Source: Phycisphaerales bacterium
Lineage (GTDB): Bacteria; Planctomycetota; Phycisphaerae; WQYP01
Assembly: GCA_027451365.1 (NCBI GenBank)
Contig: DAIDJN010000057.1
Coordinates: 1 to 34,576 of the forward strand
DNA: 34,576 nt
Direction of reading: 5' to 3'
Part shown: in pieces, positions 29,674-34,576 of the stretch
How positions within the stretch are numbered: the first letter of the stretch is position 1
Layout: the number at the start of each line of letters is the position of its first letter
Notes under the pieces: generated by a model
The model's database searches: none
Told to the model about the DNA's origin: nothing
Seen by the model: the letters and a program-made list of their open reading frames with translations, nothing else
Translations under genes and position numbers: made by a program

Positions 29674-30401
29674 CCAAAGCCCGTACAGCCCGTGGTTTCA
29701 AACCGGATTGCTCGATTGGCTGAAGAACCGCAAAAGAATCAGGTCGCATTGCGGTTCCATGCATATTGAAGGATTGACCTTTCAACGGTAAGCGGATTGC
29801 CGCCGCTGCCTATGGCGTTCCCGAAACAGCGATTGCGCGTCATCATTCTGCCGGGGCATTCCCATGCGCTGGCACCGGATATTTATCACACGCGGTCAGA
29901 ATTCTTTGGCGACGCGGGCCGCCGTCCGTCATCCGTTTCGCTTTTAAAACTCTCCACGGCTGCCCAGGTTCCTCGCGGGCGATTTTCAAAAATGCCGCAA
30001 TCAAAAGGCTCTCTGCCTGTGCCCGTTCCAAGACCTTTTCCAGTGGCGGCAGACGCATGTTGTACTGCTCAACAGAATCTTGTCCGCCTCGCGTTTCCAT
30101 GCATAGCGCCTTTGACTATCGGGACCGGATAATCTGCCGCGTTCGGCAGGAATGGAATACCCATTAAATTTCCCTGAATATTGAGCAGATTTCAAAATTG
30201 ACCAGCCGGAATCCCGGCCAGATAGTGGCAAGGTTCGAATCGATCGGCCCCGGTTTGGCCGAAATTGCCGCCCGCGACCAAGGGGTTGATCGTCGGCATC
30301 GCCCACCTGAATGCCGAACGCCAAATACAAAATGCTCAATGCTTGCATTTGCTTCCTGAAAGTAAGATGATAGCGTCATTCCAATTGCCGAAAGGTTTAT
30401 C

Positions 30402-31346
30402 TTGGTCGCACTGGATAAACAATTTTTTTACCGCTACGGCTTAAAGCCACCAAGCCGTGGCCGCTCGGGCTGGAAATCTGAGCAAACTAAAAAATCTCCT
30501 GATCGCCGGACCGCAGACATCCTGTCTGCCCGTCGTGACCGCGATACCCCCAGATTCTCCAGTTCCTCCAATACCTCCTGTGCGAATGAAATAATCTGTT
30601 GCGGCTACTGCTTCGATTCTGAAACGCAGCTTTATTACGTCCGTAATCGGACATACAACCCGGTACTTGACCGTTGGATTCAGCGTGATCCGATTGGGTA
30701 TCAAGGCGGGATTAATTTGTATGAGTATGTTGGAGGGATGGCGATTGCCGGAATAGATCCAAGGGGGCTCGCTTGGTGGAATCCGGTGACTTGGTGGTTT
30801 CCAAATGGAATAACTCCTGGCGTTCCGATCCAGCAGGGCGGCATTCCCGATAAGGACCTTTTCAACTCAGCGATTGATAAAATCGCGAAGCTGCAACGGC
30901 GGAGAGGCGAATCAGCGGCTGACTGCCTGGCCGAACTCGCGAAATTGGACCGTCTTGCCAGAATGTATATGGACGAGATTTATCAGCAGGCTATTGGCGC
31001 GGAAGCGAATTCGCTTTACCAGCAGGGTGCGCTGAACGGGCTCAACGATGCTGAGTGGAACGCGCTCGTTACCGGACTCGTCGGCTTAGGGACGTTTGGT
31101 GCCGGTGGTGCCGCGGAAATTGTCTCCGGGAATGTAATGCCTTGGGTCGGAGCGCCGGTGGCCGGTGCCCTGAAATACGGAGGGGCGATCATAGCAGGCG
31201 GCTACCCGATTTTTATGGCGGCGAACGGACAGGAGATTCGTATTCCAACCGAATTCTGGCCGGAATTAGCGCTTCTGCGTGCCATGCAGGAGCGGCTCGC
31301 TCGCGCGAGAGACGAAGCGTCGGTACGCTGTGCATGTGGTGACTGA
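30402..31346 (+). CDS. Orphan Rhs core with Gly-rich hydrophobic C-terminal toxin domain
   Basis: ANEII.CGY.FDSET.LYYVRNRTYNPVL.RWIQRDPIGY.GGINLYEYV...DPRG. Rhs homology starts at 30582; the upstream TTG start is doubtful. Confidence 0.88.
   Translation: MVALDKQFFYRYGLKPPSRGRSGWKSEQTKKSPDRRTADILSARRDRDTPRFSSSSNTSCANEIICCGYCFDSETQLYYVRNRTYNPVLDRWIQRDPIGYQGGINLYEYVGGMAIAGIDPRGLAWWNPVTWWFPNGITPGVPIQQGGIPDKDLFNSAIDKIAKLQRRRGESAADCLAELAKLDRLARMYMDEIYQQAIGAEANSLYQQGALNGLNDAEWNALVTGLVGLGTFGAGGAAEIVSGNVMPWVGAPVAGALKYGGAIIAGGYPIFMAANGQEIRIPTEFWPELALLRAMQERLARARDEASVRCACGD
30557..30583 (+). repeat. 3 x 9-bp periodic repeat (ctccagttc ctccaatac ctcctgtgc)
   Basis: Overlaps the first bases of Rhs homology (30582) in cassette 3. 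Confidence 0.6.
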
Positions 31347-31362
31347 GTCAGGATTAGCAACC

Positions 31363-31833
31363 ATGGGGAATAGCGTGGATACAGAAAATATCCTTGGAAT
31401 TGCGATTGGAATGACCTATCTCATTAGTGTTGCGTCCGGCGTGATAGTTTACTGCCTTCGGAATTCCAAGATGGTGACGCGAAAGCGTATTTGGTTCCAC
31501 ATATTTTTTATTTCAATTTCCGTTTTTCTGACTTTGCCCGTGGTCCTGATTTCGTCGTCGGAAAAGTCGTTAAATTGGATCGTGATCGGGGTTGCGGCCG
31601 CCGCGTTGGCCGTCGTGTGGACAATGGTGTTTGCAATTGAGGCAAGGTATCCGATCGATTGGAGCAGGCCGTTCCGATTTGGGGCGGAGGCTGCGGAGGG
31701 CCGTACATTGCGGCTCGCTGCACGGAAGCTGATTGAAGGCGGAAACCTCGAGCCGGCTGAACGAGCTTCGCTGGAACGCGCGATTGCGAAATCAGATTCG
31801 CAAATCGCGAGAGCGGCCAAGCCCGGCGAATAG
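31363..31833 (+). CDS. Putative membrane-bound Rhs immunity protein (3 predicted TM helices)
   Basis: ATG 16 nt after the toxin stop; three hydrophobic stretches (ILGIAIGMTYLISVASGVIVYCL, IWFHIFFISISVFLTLPVVLI, WIVIGVAAAALAVVWTMVFAI). Confidence 0.7.
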   Translation: MGNSVDTENILGIAIGMTYLISVASGVIVYCLRNSKMVTRKRIWFHIFFISISVFLTLPVVLISSSEKSLNWIVIGVAAAALAVVWTMVFAIEARYPIDWSRPFRFGAEAAEGRTLRLAARKLIEGGNLEPAERASLERAIAKSDSQIARAAKPGE

Positions 31834-32284
31834 CGGTTTGTTGCCTGCGATAATACTAGGGACGGTCGCCGATTAAAATAGGGTATATGAGGCGAGTTGA
31901 TCGTCTTGCTTACGGTGTTTGGGTGTGCCTTGGCCTGCCAGGCGGCAGTGCCCGCAGGCGTCGCCCAACAAGGTTGAGGCAAGCCCGGCGATCATCATCG
32001 ACTCAAAAAGCCGCTTGGCGGCAATTTCCAAGCTGCGTAACGTCATGGGGTATTCCCGGGATGATAGTGCGAGACGTTCAAGGCATGAAGAACAATGTGC
32101 CATCATCTGGGGGGCCAAGAAACGGGTGACTGGGCGCAGATTCTATTGGCTGGCGCACAAAAAATGAGTTGCATTCGATTTTCAAAATCAATAAACTTTG
32201 ATCTTATCGATCGTTCATTTTCCCCTTTGCCGTGTTGACAGAGGGAGAGATTTTCAAAAGGTTTACTTTTTCAGGAGTTTTACC

Positions 32285-34066
32285 ATGTCCACTCGTTGGA
32301 ATCGTGGTTTGTCCATGGCTGCGGCAATGGCGACGGCGGCGTTGACCGCCTCGGCCGCCCTCGGAAGCATTGATGGCACGGTGCTGTTTAATCCCTATCT
32401 CTTCAGTTCGCTCGGCACGCTTAATGTCACGTCCGGCACGCTGAATATCAATACCGGCACGAGTACAACGGCACCAACCCTGAGCTTTGGATCGGCGTCT
32501 TACACGGGATATATCAATAATCAAAATGGAATGGCGGAAGGAACTGCCAACGGCATTCCCTATGTTGGGGTGTTCGATTTTTCGTCAATTAACATCGGTT
32601 CGGGTGTTGCGGTGAACATTACCGGCACCAATGGACTGGCCTTGTTAAGCCAAAGCAGCACGAATATCGCGGCGACCCTATCGGTTAACGGAAGCGGTGC
32701 GGACGGCGACACAGGCGGTGCGGGTGGCCCCGGCGGCTTTGCAGGAGGAAACGGTGGCAGCAATTCGGCCAACGGGCAAGGGCCGGGCGGCGGAGCTGCC
32801 AACGGCTCCCCCGGTGCCACCTACGGTAATCTGGACACGGCCCTTTACGGAGGTAGCGGCGGCGGCGGCGGTGCGGGTGGTGGCGGCAACGGCGGTGGTG
32901 GTGCATTGGACATTACCGCCGTCGGTAGCCTGACGGTGGCGGATATTAATGCGATCGGTGGTGGCGGCGGTAGCGCCATGGAGAGTGGCGGTGGCGGCAG
33001 TGGCGGGGGAATCATTCTTAGCGGCAGTACCGTTTCGGATTCCGCGAATGTTTTTGCGTATGGGATGGCCGGCGGCCGCGCGAGCTTGGGTGCTGGTGGC
33101 GGCGGCAGCTTTGGTGGCGCCGGCCTCAGCGGAACCTCCAATGCCGATGGATACAACTTTGGCGGCGAGGGTGGCAACGGGCAAATTCTCGTCCAATCTA
33201 CCTCCGCCAACCAATCCTCCAGTTTTGCAACCGCGGGCGTTTTCTCCGCCGGCGGGGTCACCAGCGAGCAAATAGCACAATTGGAACAGCCACTTTTGGC
33301 GCCATCCAAAATTGATTTCGGCCAGGTGCGGACCGGCACTACCGCCGTACAGAATCTTTCCTTCGAAAATAGCAGCAGCACCGGCACCGTTGCGGGCCAA
33401 TATACACCGGCGTTGCCCTCCGGCATGTCCGGCAATTCAGGCACGTTTTCACTGGCGGGTGGCCAATCCAGCACGTCCGCCATTTCTTTTGCCCCCATTT
33501 CACGCGGTACCTATAGCGGCACCGTCAGCTATACCTCCACTGTGGTCAATGGCAGTGTCGCTATCACCGGCACCGCCGTTGGGCCCGTATTTTCCACCAA
33601 TGTCGGCACTGCGCCCCTGGCGGTTATTAACGTGGGCAATACCACTCCCGGATTGGCCGCCACGTTTGATCTGAAAATCACCAACACCAGCACCGATGAT
33701 GTCAACGGCACCAATCTAGCGAATTTAACGCTGGAAAGTGAAAACATCACCGGCCCGACCGCCATTGCTTTTTATGTTGTGCCCCTTACGCAAAATGTTC
33801 TCGGCAACGCCGCCGCGGATTCCCCATTGGGAAATTCCACGAATTTGTCGATTGTATTTAATTCCACCACCGACGGCAGCTTTACCGATTACCTGACCAT
33901 TACCACCGATCAGGGTGCACCGCTGGGAGATGTGGGGCAACAGTTCACCTACGAACTCACGGGCACCAGCAGCGGCACTCCAGCCCCTGAACCTGCCACG
34001 CTGGCCCTGTTGACGCTGGGGGGGCTGTCCTTGCTGATGGTTCGACAGCGGAAGCACCGGGTGTGA
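32285..34066 (+). CDS. PEP-CTERM surface protein, Gly-rich region plus two Ig-like (choice-of-anchor D/ASH-like) domains
   Basis: AGGAG RBS, signal peptide, poly-Gly motifs, IDFGQVR.G......L...N domains, C-terminal APEPATLALLTLGGLSLLMVRQRK. Confidence 0.9.
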   Translation: MSTRWNRGLSMAAAMATAALTASAALGSIDGTVLFNPYLFSSLGTLNVTSGTLNINTGTSTTAPTLSFGSASYTGYINNQNGMAEGTANGIPYVGVFDFSSINIGSGVAVNITGTNGLALLSQSSTNIAATLSVNGSGADGDTGGAGGPGGFAGGNGGSNSANGQGPGGGAANGSPGATYGNLDTALYGGSGGGGGAGGGGNGGGGALDITAVGSLTVADINAIGGGGGSAMESGGGGSGGGIILSGSTVSDSANVFAYGMAGGRASLGAGGGGSFGGAGLSGTSNADGYNFGGEGGNGQILVQSTSANQSSSFATAGVFSAGGVTSEQIAQLEQPLLAPSKIDFGQVRTGTTAVQNLSFENSSSTGTVAGQYTPALPSGMSGNSGTFSLAGGQSSTSAISFAPISRGTYSGTVSYTSTVVNGSVAITGTAVGPVFSTNVGTAPLAVINVGNTTPGLAATFDLKITNTSTDDVNGTNLANLTLESENITGPTAIAFYVVPLTQNVLGNAAADSPLGNSTNLSIVFNSTTDGSFTDYLTITTDQGAPLGDVGQQFTYELTGTSSGTPAPEPATLALLTLGGLSLLMVRQRKHRV

Positions 34067-34096
34067 CCACATCCGGCAAACTTCATTTGACCACGG

Positions 34097-34410
34097 TTAG
34101 ACGCCTGCCTTAATGCGAAATCGCGATTATTGGTAGCTCTGGCCTCCCATGGCGGTCGTCGCATCAATACCGAACTCTCGGAATTGAAATGGAGTGAAAT
34201 AGGCTGGGAAAAGGAACCATCCGGGTAAAAAGCCCAAAGACTGAGCCTATCAATGGCCACGGAATCCAGATTATACCGATGTTCCCGGAACTGCGGCCAT
34301 ACTTGGAAGATGCGCGACATCTTGCCGAGCCGGGGCCGGAGGTTGTCATTTCGCATTTCCGGTGTAAGAAAGCCAATTTGTGCGCCCGGTTTGAACGCAT
34401 CATACTCAAG
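34097..34410 (+). pseudogene. Tyrosine integrase fragment (frameshifted, truncated by IS)
   Basis: Manual translation: LDACLNAKSRLLVALASHGGRRINTELSELKWSEIGWEK, frameshift at about 34210, then GTIRVKSPKTE...IIPMFPELRPYLED...EVVISHFR...NL..RFERIILK. Matches the Box I Arg and catalytic Lys region of planctomycete-type tyrosine recombinases. Confidence 0.8.
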
Positions 34411-34576
34411 TGTAATACTCCCCAAAAACTGGGCGCGCTGCTAAGGTAGTTTTTTCCGAGTTTTCGGAGTCTATTTTATGTCGGTAAAACGTCGTCAGTT
34501 TACGTCGCAGTTCAAAGCCAAGGTGGCCATGGAGGCGATGAAGGGCCAGCGGACGATTGGTGAGTTGGCGGGTTTG
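34411..34576 (+). mobile_element. IS3-family insertion sequence, left end and start of OrfA (ATG 34478)
   Basis: Begins with TG (TGTAATACTCCCCAAAAACTGG) exactly where integrase homology stops; OrfA reads MSVKRRQFTSQFKAKVAMEAMKGQRTIGELAGL, an IS3-type HTH. Confidence 0.88.

Noticed and set aside
29760..30380. Degraded gene or RAYT/IS200 transposase on the minus strand
   Set aside because: Fragments look protein-like but I found no convincing HUH or catalytic Tyr motifs.
31887..32167. IS5-like transposase remnant (EASPAIIIDSKS...GAKKRVTGRR) or frameshifted secreted protein
   Set aside because: Motif spacing does not fit IS5 and no terminal repeats are visible; the alternative reading needs several frameshifts. 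Neither can be supported.

Overview
Bacterial chromosomal window, probably a planctomycete (Phycisphaerae-like), inferred from a PEP-CTERM protein, a DUF3467-like protein, a planctomycete-type integrase remnant and tRNAs lacking encoded CCA. The core holds rnr, a TPR-SPOR lipoprotein, a family-4 UDG, tRNA-Gly(CCC), hflX, a PEGA lipoprotein, tRNA-Cys(GCA), a TPR protein, tmk, a TolC/MFP/CzcA-like efflux operon, a GH35 beta-galactosidase and a large exported TPR-like protein. There are three accessory zones. (1) Left end: two orphan Rhs toxin cassettes and a tandem-domain putative immunity gene. (2) A 4.7-kb island with no integrase, bounded by a 49-bp duplication of the tRNA-Gly 3' half and carrying CbrC-like, SMI1/KNR4-like and AbiEi/AbiEii genes. 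(3) Right end: a third orphan Rhs cassette with a membrane immunity gene, a PEP-CTERM protein, and a tyrosine-integrase remnant cut by an IS3-family element. Most notable observations: all three orphan Rhs cores begin at or next to a 3 x 9-bp CTC-periodic repeat; two Rhs cores form a ~91% identical inverted repeat 28 kb apart; the island may carry an att-split ORF; the UDG lacks the usual Fe-S cysteines. Family assignments come from motif recognition only; no searches were run.
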